IMG/VR virus record: IMGVR_UViG_3300035148_000128
Location: 1-40,627 of that record
Length of the DNA: 40,627 nucleotides
From: a virus
Lineage: Duplodnaviria; Caudoviricetes
Strand: one strand, 5' to 3'
Part shown: positions 32,623 to 40,627 of the stretch, piece by piece
Position numbering within the stretch: position 1 is the stretch's first letter
Layout: each line of letters begins with the position of its first letter
The notes under the pieces: model-generated
Told to the model about the DNA's origin: nothing
Seen by the model: the letters and a program-made list of their open reading frames with translations, nothing else
Database searches by the model: none
Translations under genes and position numbers: made by a program

Positions 32623-34326
32623 TCAAGGGCCAGCAGTGACAGGGCTCTCGATGACGATGGCAGACTTAACCTTCGTCAATGCGCCGGAAAGACGAGTCTC
32701 CAACAGATACTTGTACTGGTTGTAATCGATGTCGAAATCGTCAAACATTGAAATAGACCCGCCCTTATCGGCGCCAACCGTATAGTCAGCGAGGTTCACA
32801 ATGATGCCGACAACCAGGGTCCCCTGTGGGTTAGCCGGAGGCTCCATTGCCTCGACAGTGACGATGTTCGCAACGCGCATCTCGCTCGCAAGTTCTGCGA
32901 CCGAAGTCCAAATTCGGCGACCCGTAGTGTCCTTAGTGAGGAGCAAGTTCGTGACAACCTCCTCGGTGGTGAAGAGCGTGGGAGAACCACTGCCCTTATA
33001 ATGCGGACGAGCGAGCAGAACGGTGTCGATAAGATCCGCCGGCTTAACGCCCTGTCCCTTCGGGTCGAACTCGACCCGGTGGACGTAGAGGTCTTCCTCC
33101 TTAGCGATGGGGCGGATGTGCTCCTCGTTGATCTTGTCGGGATCGGCGACGTCGCGCCCATCACCAATGAGAATTGCTCGCGCAATCTCCTCGTCAAGCA
33201 TCATGCGCATCTCGGCCTTGATCCATGCAACGACGTCAAAGTCGGTGATGTCAATAATGTCGTCACGGTCCAACTTCTGCTTCTTGTAAATCGTAGTCGG
33301 AGTCGTAACCCTCTTTGCAACGCTGAAGAACTCTTCCTTCTTCATCGTCCCCTTGACATAACCCTTGGCGCGAGCCTCATCATGCGTAATGTCAGCAGTC
33401 ATAGTCTTGATTCGCGAGAAAGGACTATGACGAGTGCCACCGAGAACCGTAGACACCCACTCCATACGCCGAGAGATAAACTCCGGCCGGTCGGTAAGGT
33501 TCTTGGCGTCGGGGAAGAGAAGGTCGATGTTCTCGATGCCGTATGAAGTAGCGTGCGCGAAGTTCTCAACGGCAGTCTTCAAAGAACCAATCTTGACGGC
33601 GTCAGCAACGATGCCTCGAATATCGTCGTGCGTGATGGTCTTTGCCGGAAGGTCGGGGGTCGCGTTCTGCTCGAAAACGTTATGGCCCATGGTCTCGTCG
33701 TCCTTTACCTCGATGGTGTCCGTGTGGGCGGCGGCCTCTTCCTCGGCCTCCTTGTTCGCGCCCTCAAGGGCCGCGCCAATCATGAAATGCACAACATCCT
33801 TCTGAATGTCCGTCATGCTGTTGTAGACATCCTCAACCGTGAGATCCTTATTCGGCTTCTCATCGGCGTGCTCCAGCGAAAGACCAGTATAGATAATCGC
33901 CTCGTCATCGAGCGTTTCGATGTCATCGTCGCCATGCGCGATACTAACGTAATCGATAAGCGCGCCAGGATTCGCGCCCGAAAGAACTAGGCTCACTTCA
34001 CGAATCATGCCATGAAAAACATTCTTCGAGCGTTCGACCAACTGGTTGGCGTAAATAGAAAGAGCCTTAATGTCTCCATGCTTAAGGAGCATCTTGGTAT
34101 TCTGGGCACTCGGAGTCTCATTGAAGTACCCATATGCATACACGCCGTCGGCTCGACTTTCAAGCTTGACGTGCCCCAGAATATTGTCTGGGGTGTTATG
34201 GCCGTGCTGCCAAACCAAGGGAACAACCTTACCATCGCAATGCTTGAATGCATCAGGCATGATAGTTCGGCCATCCGAGCACCTAAGATTTGCCTTGGTG
34301 GCGTACCCGCTGAAGTCAAACTCCAT
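32623..34326 (-). CDS. Prohead protease-major capsid protein fusion (HK97 fold)
   Basis: N-terminal HK97-type protease (FSGYA, PLVWQH, LSIYA, EVSLV..GANP), acidic linker, capsid domain (EEIARAILIGDG, FDIDYNQYKYLLETRLSG). Confidence 0.9.
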   Translation of the reverse strand: MEFDFSGYATKANLRCSDGRTIMPDAFKHCDGKVVPLVWQHGHNTPDNILGHVKLESRADGVYAYGYFNETPSAQNTKMLLKHGDIKALSIYANQLVERSKNVFHGMIREVSLVLSGANPGALIDYVSIAHGDDDIETLDDEAIIYTGLSLEHADEKPNKDLTVEDVYNSMTDIQKDVVHFMIGAALEGANKEAEEEAAAHTDTIEVKDDETMGHNVFEQNATPDLPAKTITHDDIRGIVADAVKIGSLKTAVENFAHATSYGIENIDLLFPDAKNLTDRPEFISRRMEWVSTVLGGTRHSPFSRIKTMTADITHDEARAKGYVKGTMKKEEFFSVAKRVTTPTTIYKKQKLDRDDIIDITDFDVVAWIKAEMRMMLDEEIARAILIGDGRDVADPDKINEEHIRPIAKEEDLYVHRVEFDPKGQGVKPADLIDTVLLARPHYKGSGSPTLFTTEEVVTNLLLTKDTTGRRIWTSVAELASEMRVANIVTVEAMEPPANPQGTLVVGIIVNLADYTVGADKGGSISMFDDFDIDYNQYKYLLETRLSGALTKVKSAIVIESPVTAGP

Positions 34327-35575
34327 TGGGGCTGCTCCCTTCCGTTTCGTTATTTGACGCTACCTCAGTCGTTGGTCGACTAGCGTCTGGCTTTTCCTCT
34401 GGCATGTTACTATTCCTTAGTTCGTCTGCCTTCGGGTCTGAAGACGGCCTAAGGCCGATGACGGAACGAATTTCGTTCGAAGTCATTACTTCATTCCTAG
34501 CAAACTTGTCTCCGATTTCTGCAATGTTGTTGATGGGGACAAGTTTGAACGGATCGTTAAAATATAGAATCGACTGATGCTGAGATCTAGCCGTCTTGGA
34601 CAGGAAAGTACGCCGCATTGCCTCGGTAATGGCACAAACAATTGGTTCAATAGTTCGGTTGTTGTAGTTTAGCATTGCTTTTTCATCAGCAATGCCTGAC
34701 ATAATCTCTTCAGTCAGACCGAGTTGCGAATATAGCATCTTTGTAAGGTATTCGACCTGGGTAAGCAAATTGTTTTCAGCAGGTCGATTAAGTTGCGTGA
34801 TCTTTTCGGTCCCGTCCGTATAGGCAATGCCGTACTGGCTGCCCTTTAGTTGGAACTCAATGTCTTTACGCCTTTGTTCTGCTTGTTGACGTCGAGCCTC
34901 AGACTTGATCACGTAGGGCAACTGGATAATTAGATCAAGTTTCCCAGACCCAGATTGCTCGTCTACCGAATCTAGCAGGTTCAACTTCCTGATCAAACGC
35001 TGCAATGTAGAATTAGGCTCGTTCATGACCGAGTACAAAGGGTTCTCGACAATAGCCGTCGTAGCCTTACTTACAGTAACTTCTTCGCGTTGTCCCGTGT
35101 TCTCATTGTACAGATTCACCCTGACATGATGCGGGTACCACCCGACAATGTGGCCAACGCGAAGTGTCTTGATCTCGAAACCAGCCGAGACGTTAGGGTC
35201 CACGCTTGTGTCGACCGGAACAATAGCCAAAACACCCTTATCGAGGAGTGTCATCGCAATGTCCTGACGGAAAGCTCTTCCTGCCTGGTCGAGATTCGCT
35301 TCCAGAGTCAGGCAATTGTTCAAGTCGCTATGGATGTCCTCCTTATAGCGGCCATCTGCGTCTAGACGTACGTGACGAATCTCAATCCCGGAGACATCGA
35401 TACTTATGCGATTGTAAATTGCTGTAACGATAGAACGTTCGTTGGAAATTAGAAGTCTAGTTCGATCTGGACGAGATCCATAACTGACTCCATAGTTATA
35501 ATCCGGAATGCGCCGAGTCTCTTCGCCAGTGAAGACATTCCACATGTTCCTAAAACGTGATGCGACTCCGACCAT
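34316..35575 (-). CDS. Portal protein
   Basis: 419 aa between terminase and capsid; AIYNRISID...MTSNEIR..IGL.P. Confidence 0.9.
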   Translation of the reverse strand: MVGVASRFRNMWNVFTGEETRRIPDYNYGVSYGSRPDRTRLLISNERSIVTAIYNRISIDVSGIEIRHVRLDADGRYKEDIHSDLNNCLTLEANLDQAGRAFRQDIAMTLLDKGVLAIVPVDTSVDPNVSAGFEIKTLRVGHIVGWYPHHVRVNLYNENTGQREEVTVSKATTAIVENPLYSVMNEPNSTLQRLIRKLNLLDSVDEQSGSGKLDLIIQLPYVIKSEARRQQAEQRRKDIEFQLKGSQYGIAYTDGTEKITQLNRPAENNLLTQVEYLTKMLYSQLGLTEEIMSGIADEKAMLNYNNRTIEPIVCAITEAMRRTFLSKTARSQHQSILYFNDPFKLVPINNIAEIGDKFARNEVMTSNEIRSVIGLRPSSDPKADELRNSNMPEEKPDASRPTTEVASNNETEGSSPNGV

Positions 35576-35585
35576 GGCTCACCTC

Positions 35586-35601
35586 CCTCCCCATTTTGAC
35601 G
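35586..35601 (-). promoter_or_regulatory. 16-bp motif CGTCAAAATGGGGAGG fused to the portal RBS (copy 1)
   Basis: Exact repeat at 38993-39008. Confidence 0.5.
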
Positions 35602-35604
35602 GTT

Positions 35605-36015
35605 TTACCGCGAACGAAAAGCAAACTCCTGCGCAACGAACGCACGCTCTTGTGCTGCCGTCAATTCCCAGTTTCGCTTGTCTGTGACCTTCGCATTCTT
35701 AATCAAAGCATTCTTTCCACGAAACAAACGGGTCGCCACCTTCTCGCCAGTACGCAACTTTGTGGCCACACGTGAGTTTTCACTATTCAAAATCTCGGCC
35801 TTCTGCCTCTCGAACTCGGCCCTTGCGTTGGCCTCACCCTTTTGGCGCTTAGTCATGTGGTATCGAAGGTCGGCCGTCTTCAGATCAATCTTCCGTTGCT
35901 GCCTGGCAAACTTAATGTCCTCGTTTTCCTTACGCCTCGCAGCTCTAGCAACCGAAGATCGTCGAATTCCCCACCTCATCCCAGGTACTCCATAGTGAAT
36001 AAGCTCTTCGCTCAT
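35605..36015 (-). CDS. Basic protein with an N-terminal HYGVPGMRWG motif (DUF7211-like)
   Basis: EELIHYGVPGMRWGIRR; between terminase and portal. Confidence 0.75.
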   Translation of the reverse strand: MSEELIHYGVPGMRWGIRRSSVARAARRKENEDIKFARQQRKIDLKTADLRYHMTKRQKGEANARAEFERQKAEILNSENSRVATKLRTGEKVATRLFRGKNALIKNAKVTDKRNWELTAAQERAFVAQEFAFRSR

Positions 36016-37757
36016 TCGAAAGCCTCCTTGTTAGCCTTATACGCCACAAACGCATCCATTAGAGCTGATACGTTGTCGATCTTTTCATCTTGGCGACGCT
36101 TTAACAACTTACGATTACCATTCGTGTCCTCTAGCGTAATAGCGTTACCCATGGCGAAGGACATTAGTTCCTGGTCGAAGAGAAGAAGTCTCTCGCCGCT
36201 CAAAAGTTTCAATTCTCCAAGAGGAACAGACTCAGTTCTGCTTCCCTGAATTACTTTCTCAATCCCGAAAGGCCCATTCTCGTTTTCCCATCTCGTGACG
36301 AACTCTTTCGCGTTATAGGGGTCAAAACCAAGCGCGCGAACATCGTACTCAGACTTCTGAATGTGCTGATCGAGGTCATCATACACCTCCATGAGATCAA
36401 GAATTGTTCCATCAAGAACGTGAAGACTTCCTTCATTGATGAACTGATCATACTTCAGACGCCTAGCTCCGGGAAGACGCATAAGCGTCAGAGAAGAAAT
36501 GTAACTTCTAGTCTTGACTCCGAACGCGCCGTTCTTCAAAGGAAACAAGAAAGTAAAAGCACAGAAGTCATCGCCCTTCGACAGGTCTGCGCCCAAAGCG
36601 CAAGGCATCTGCCAATACTCCCGAAAACGATGCGGAAGTGTCTCTTCGTAAGTAAAGAAATACGTGTACCCTTCCATTGGAATTCCGAAACGTTTCGCCA
36701 AGATGTCGTTTCTCGACACGGGAGCTTTCTCGGCGCGTTCAACATCCAAATGGTAGGTCTCATAAGAGACGGTCTTTCCAAGATTTGGGTTTGCTTTAAG
36801 CCATGTCGAGGGGTCGTTAACTTCGTCTAGTTCATCCAGTTTATAATGCCAGATAGAAACGTGCGGCGCTAAATATTCGCCCTTTAAGATGTCGGCAAGT
36901 TCAAGTTTAATCGTGTCGCCGCTACCATTTCGAACGGTGCCCTCAGAACTAATCGCCACGATCAAATAATCATCCAGTTTGGAAGCGCCTTGTTCGATCG
37001 CCCCGACAACATCTTCGCGAAGCGCGCCAGACAACCACTCGTCAACTGTCGAAATTTTAGGCCTTAGACCTTGCAGTTTGTTGATCGCCATTGGTCTGAC
37101 TTCGAGAAGCGACCCCGTTAGAAAATTCTCAATGCCTTTCTTTGTCGCAGCAAGTTTCACGCGGTTCATTCTCGAACCTGTAGTGTTCTGAAGAGAACCC
37201 TCAGTCAAAAATCTAAACAACGGCCCACGACTTCTCGTAATGGCAGTCCGAAATGGTGACATGACCTCGTCTGCCTGTTTCATTGTCGGCGCTGTCGTAA
37301 TTTGATGCGTTGTCGAGGTATCAACATTTAGGAAATAACTTTGAATACATGAACCATACATAGACTTTGCAGCGCCTCTGGCGACGATCAGATACTGCTT
37401 TGTCGTTAGCCGTTTCTTAATGGTTTTGTTTATGTAATGTCCACCACGGTTATCTTCAGACGGTTGATAGACGCTTCGATCGACGAAATAATACCAACCA
37501 AAGATCTGTTCTGCCCAGAGTTTGAACGAGGGTAACAGGTGGAGATCGCTTCCATCGGTCAATGTAAGTTCATCTTCGCAATAACGAATGAAACCCTCTA
37601 CAGCTAAATCATCATAATAGATGTTCGGATTGGCGACGAGCGAGTCAATTCGGTTCATCTCCATCGAAATCTCTCTATTAACCGGAATCTCGCCGCGCAT
37701 AACGGCAGCTCGAAATTCTTTATAATAGCGAGGAACCTCTGTGTTGGAAAGAACCAT
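36012..37757 (-). CDS. terL: Terminase large subunit
   Basis: VARGAAKS Walker A, TVDEW Walker B, ISSEG motif III, GADLS and KIDNVSALMDA nuclease motifs. Confidence 0.93.
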   Translation of the reverse strand: MVLSNTEVPRYYKEFRAAVMRGEIPVNREISMEMNRIDSLVANPNIYYDDLAVEGFIRYCEDELTLTDGSDLHLLPSFKLWAEQIFGWYYFVDRSVYQPSEDNRGGHYINKTIKKRLTTKQYLIVARGAAKSMYGSCIQSYFLNVDTSTTHQITTAPTMKQADEVMSPFRTAITRSRGPLFRFLTEGSLQNTTGSRMNRVKLAATKKGIENFLTGSLLEVRPMAINKLQGLRPKISTVDEWLSGALREDVVGAIEQGASKLDDYLIVAISSEGTVRNGSGDTIKLELADILKGEYLAPHVSIWHYKLDELDEVNDPSTWLKANPNLGKTVSYETYHLDVERAEKAPVSRNDILAKRFGIPMEGYTYFFTYEETLPHRFREYWQMPCALGADLSKGDDFCAFTFLFPLKNGAFGVKTRSYISSLTLMRLPGARRLKYDQFINEGSLHVLDGTILDLMEVYDDLDQHIQKSEYDVRALGFDPYNAKEFVTRWENENGPFGIEKVIQGSRTESVPLGELKLLSGERLLLFDQELMSFAMGNAITLEDTNGNRKLLKRRQDEKIDNVSALMDAFVAYKANKEAFE

Positions 37758-37764
37758 TTATACT

Positions 37765-38265
37765 CTAGACCTTTCCCGCGGCCTTAGCCATTCCCCAAGC
37801 CACACCCTTATAAAGGTTTACTTGAAGATCTTTTGGATTCTTCAACGCTGTATTAATCCCAGAACCGGGAGTCATAGCGCTTTTTACTCCAGCTTGAACA
37901 ATGCTACTAACTTGCCGGTTCATCTCGTCGCCGATAGTCTTTCGAATAGCCGTCTCAAATTTCCCTCGAACCGGTGGCGTCGTGCGAACTTCATCGTACG
38001 CCCGCTCAAGTCGCATCCGCTCGACCACGTCTTTCAATTCCTTATTCGAGAGACTTCGCGTGGTGCCTCGGTTGATCCGCTCGATGTAGTTGTCCATATC
38101 GAGCACATCTTCTGAGTTCAGAAGTCGACCCTTCCCAGATCGCTTCTGGCCCCACCTATCATACCTCACGTCCTGCTTCCGAACACCCCAACGCATTCCC
38201 TTGACGCCGAAATGCACAAGGTCGTCTGTTACGGTGAAGTGGAGGACGTCGCCTGTGAGGTCCAC
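37765..38265 (-). CDS. Basic protein with an N-terminal HFGVKGMRWG motif (DUF7211-like)
   Basis: DDLVHFGVKGMRWGVRK; LSNKEL...RMRLER. Confidence 0.75.
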   Translation of the reverse strand: MDLTGDVLHFTVTDDLVHFGVKGMRWGVRKQDVRYDRWGQKRSGKGRLLNSEDVLDMDNYIERINRGTTRSLSNKELKDVVERMRLERAYDEVRTTPPVRGKFETAIRKTIGDEMNRQVSSIVQAGVKSAMTPGSGINTALKNPKDLQVNLYKGVAWGMAKAAGKV

Positions 38266-38984
38266 AGTTCTCCTTCCCTAACAACGTTAAGGCGCCATTC
38301 GAGTTCCTTAATCTGCTCCTCGATCGCAGTAATCCCGAAAGATGTCGATGGCGGATCAAACAGTAACTTTACACGCAGATAAACATACGATCGCACAGCG
38401 CTGTACATTGCTGGCGGACGAATCGGTTTCTCTGGCGGCGGTGGCGCTGGATACGTAAAGACCGACCTTGCTGGCGGAATGGCATACGCAATGGGATGCG
38501 GTTCTGTATGCAACAACGTTAGGCCAGAGTTGAGCAGGGAGTCAACCATGCCTTGGGGCATTCCCCCCTCTGCTCGATTAATACTTTCGATCGTGTAAGT
38601 CGAGCCATCGATCTCGATCACATCCGAGACTTCTAGTTCGGCCACCCAATCATGAGAACGTCCACCTAGATCGACAGGATGAAAGACAAACCAAACGTCA
38701 GGAATGATAAGAAATTCGCCTGGGGCATGAAGTTGGTTTAGAACATACCTGTAGTGGGCAGTCAATGGCGGACTGGGTGGCGTTTCTGGGCGCCATCCTC
38801 CTAAGTAGTCACCCCAGGTCGCCTCTTCGTCGTAAACAACATAACCCTCAGAGGGGCCGACGCCAAGTTGTTGCAACGTAGAGAGAACACTATTAATGTG
38901 CATTAGGATGTCAAGATCAAAGGCGTCATAATCCTCCTTGATCCCGAGGAGTTTCTTGGTCCCGTTCAAAATACTTTCAGTCAT
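38229..38984 (-). CDS. Putative head-to-tail adaptor with an apparent inserted domain
   Basis: SIL...KKLLG...FDLDILMHIN...QLGVGP and YVYLRVKLLFDPP...ELEWRL blocks separated by about 130 aa bounded by Pro-rich linkers. Confidence 0.6.
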   Translation of the reverse strand: MTESILNGTKKLLGIKEDYDAFDLDILMHINSVLSTLQQLGVGPSEGYVVYDEEATWGDYLGGWRPETPPSPPLTAHYRYVLNQLHAPGEFLIIPDVWFVFHPVDLGGRSHDWVAELEVSDVIEIDGSTYTIESINRAEGGMPQGMVDSLLNSGLTLLHTEPHPIAYAIPPARSVFTYPAPPPPEKPIRPPAMYSAVRSYVYLRVKLLFDPPSTSFGITAIEEQIKELEWRLNVVREGELWTSQATSSTSP

Positions 38985-38992
38985 CGATAACT

Positions 38993-39008
38993 CCTCCCCA
39001 TTTTGACG
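38993..39008 (-). promoter_or_regulatory. 16-bp motif CGTCAAAATGGGGAGG fused to an RBS (copy 2)
   Basis: Exact repeat of 35586-35601. Confidence 0.5.
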
Positions 39009-39011
39009 TTT

Positions 39012-39698
39012 TCAACGGAGACGTCGATTGACCTCAGCTTGGACGGCATTCGGATCATAACCTGCGGCTCGAAGTCGTTGCGCTCTCTCTGGGTTGTTGC
39101 CCCACTTCCCAGCGATAACCTCATCCGCCAGTTGTCCAACTGTCTTGGCGCCCGAAGGAGCTGGTGCGGCGTGTGACTGCGTGTGTCCGACGAATAGATC
39201 GTATGACTTCTGCGTCTCGGCCATGAGTTGAGACCAGACATTGTGAATGTAAGGCCCAGGACACGACGTCGACTTCCAGTGATCATGCCCAAACGTGTTG
39301 TTGTAACTTGGACGAGCGTGAATCACGTTGGCGAAAAGCCAACCACCAAGGCGAGCCGCGGAACGCCAAGTCGTTGGCGAAACTTCCCAACGCGGCGACA
39401 AAGAAGAGTTGGCCATCTCGATACTGATCGTCGACTTATTGCCTGCGGTGTTGCCGACGGCCCATGCATACTCGTGAACGTCGACATACTGCGCAACAGC
39501 GCCGGCCGCGTCAACGTCGAAATGCGCCGAAGCTGGACGCGTACGCCAAACCTCCAATACTCCCTCATGAGAGAGACGACCCGCGTTGTGGTGAAAGGTA
39601 ACCGAAGTCTTTGTATAACTTGTATGGGTGACATGGCCGGTCTGATTCAAACCGGAAATCAAGTTCTTCACGGGCCTGTCATAGTTGATCGCGCTCAT
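39012..39698 (-). CDS. Endolysin: N-acetylmuramoyl-L-alanine amidase plus Cpl-7 (CW_7) cell-wall-binding repeat
   Basis: FHHNAG, SAHFDV, SISIE and GHDHW..TSCPG Zn-amidase motifs; LADEVIAGKWGN..ER...L..AGYD...VQAEVN. Confidence 0.9.
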   Translation of the reverse strand: MSAINYDRPVKNLISGLNQTGHVTHTSYTKTSVTFHHNAGRLSHEGVLEVWRTRPASAHFDVDAAGAVAQYVDVHEYAWAVGNTAGNKSTISIEMANSSLSPRWEVSPTTWRSAARLGGWLFANVIHARPSYNNTFGHDHWKSTSCPGPYIHNVWSQLMAETQKSYDLFVGHTQSHAAPAPSGAKTVGQLADEVIAGKWGNNPERAQRLRAAGYDPNAVQAEVNRRLR

Positions 39699-39787
39699 CC
39701 CTCTGAGTCCTCCTCTTCTCCAGGTCCGACGGCCAAATGACACGCAATGGCGATGTCAAGATCTTCTTCGTCATAGTTAGGTTCCAT
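39695..39787 (-). CDS. 30-aa acidic peptide coupled to the endolysin (not in ORF track)
   Basis: GGGAGG RBS; MEPNYDEEDLDIAIACHLAVGPGEEEDSEG; ATGA overlap with the endolysin start. Confidence 0.55.
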   Translation of the reverse strand: MEPNYDEEDLDIAIACHLAVGPGEEEDSEG

Positions 39788-39798
39788 TGTGTTCCTCC

Positions 39799-40209
39799 CT
39801 ACCAGAGTTTCGTGTCTCCGGGTTTACGTTCGACCATAGGTCTCACCAAGAGAGATCTATCTCCGTAATGAATGGCGTTATGTGTGTCGTGCGTTGTAGT
39901 GATCAAGAACTCTGGATCCATAGTCGAGGGATTAAACTCACTAAGATCTTCAATAGTCATCGGATTCATATGATGAATAACAAGACCAGAGTGAATCTCG
40001 TAACCATCGACGCCAAGATCACAGCCTCTATCTCTAATAATCACAGCAGACCTCGCTTGGCGCCAAGCGCGAGACGTATAGAACCTCTGGTTAAGATGTC
40101 GATCAAAGCCAAAAGTCTTTGCGCCCACAGCGCCGTTCAACGCAAGGTATTCATAGCGTTCCTCGAAGTCTTCAATCTCTCGAAGCTCGGTGTAAGATCT
40201 AATCTTCAT
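39799..40209 (-). CDS. HNH endonuclease (packaging-associated)
   Basis: FYTSRAW...RDRGC...IHHMNP...THNAIH; next to the small terminase candidate. Confidence 0.85.
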   Translation of the reverse strand: MKIRSYTELREIEDFEERYEYLALNGAVGAKTFGFDRHLNQRFYTSRAWRQARSAVIIRDRGCDLGVDGYEIHSGLVIHHMNPMTIEDLSEFNPSTMDPEFLITTTHDTHNAIHYGDRSLLVRPMVERKPGDTKLW

Positions 40210-40543
40210 AAGACTCCAGAGTTTCTAGCCCCGCGTAGGAGCGCATAGCATCTAGTGCTGTCTTATAGAGCTCTTCAACCTTCTTTCCCGAGGCGATAGC
40301 GTCTGTTTTAGCATCCAACAAAGTATTCTCTCGCTGAAGGCGCTCTTGTTCAAGTCTCTCTCGTGATGAACCAAGCTTCAGATAGTGCACAATAACCTGA
40401 GAAGAGGCCGTTCCGTCGGCCAACTTCTGTTCTGCAAGGTTTACAGCCAAAGAAATAAGCTGATTCTCACGTCCTTCGGGAGTTGTGGCTGGTGGACGAA
40501 GAGTTTTTGGCTCGGAATGTGAGCTTCTACGTCGGTTGGCCAT
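40199..40543 (-). CDS. Putative terminase small subunit
   Basis: First gene of the packaging module; 114 aa, helical with basic N-terminus; called mainly by position. Confidence 0.55.
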   Translation of the reverse strand: MANRRRSSHSEPKTLRPPATTPEGRENQLISLAVNLAEQKLADGTASSQVIVHYLKLGSSRERLEQERLQRENTLLDAKTDAIASGKKVEELYKTALDAMRSYAGLETLESYED

Positions 40544-40627
40544 TAGTTTCTACCCCCTTTCCTCAAAGTTCAACAGAGGTTAATGGCGCGACATTGTGCA
40601 AAATATCCCCCCGGAGCAAAATATAGG

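Noticed and set aside
38409-38795. Intein in the adaptor gene
   Set aside because: No N-terminal Cys/Ser block, no terminal His-Asn and no LAGLIDADG motif

Overview
This 40.6-kb window is a complete or near-complete genome of a tailed dsDNA phage with siphovirus gene content, shown in reverse. Every credible gene is on the minus strand. Right to left: putative small terminase, HNH nuclease, amidase endolysin, head-tail adaptor, large terminase, portal, protease-major capsid fusion, three major-tail-like paralogs, tape measure, distal tail/hub/FN3 tail proteins and membrane (lysis) genes. Then come an accessory array of small genes, DUF6353-like membrane proteins, a helicase-primase-exonuclease-PolB fusion, SSB, an SF2 helicase, nucleases and an 888-aa protein carrying the two-barrel RNA polymerase motif GADFDGD. 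No integrase, repressor or tRNA was seen, so it is probably lytic. From recollection (no search run), the layout resembles actinobacteriophages with capsid-protease and primase-polymerase fusions. The most notable system has four parts: (i) a putative single-chain RNA polymerase; (ii) 12 copies of a promoter-like motif AAAAAAC(A)CRG-NN-TATAATGA; (iii) 11 hairpin terminators, many with a conserved (T)AACAC loop, which package small genes into promoter-RBS-ORF-terminator cassettes, one holding only ATG-ACC-TAG; and (iv) an N-terminal L-x-H-(Y/F)-G...WG tag shared by the polymerase and two head-region proteins and echoed in the capsid precursor, suggesting capsid packaging or processing of the polymerase. 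All functional calls are motif-based, made by eye.
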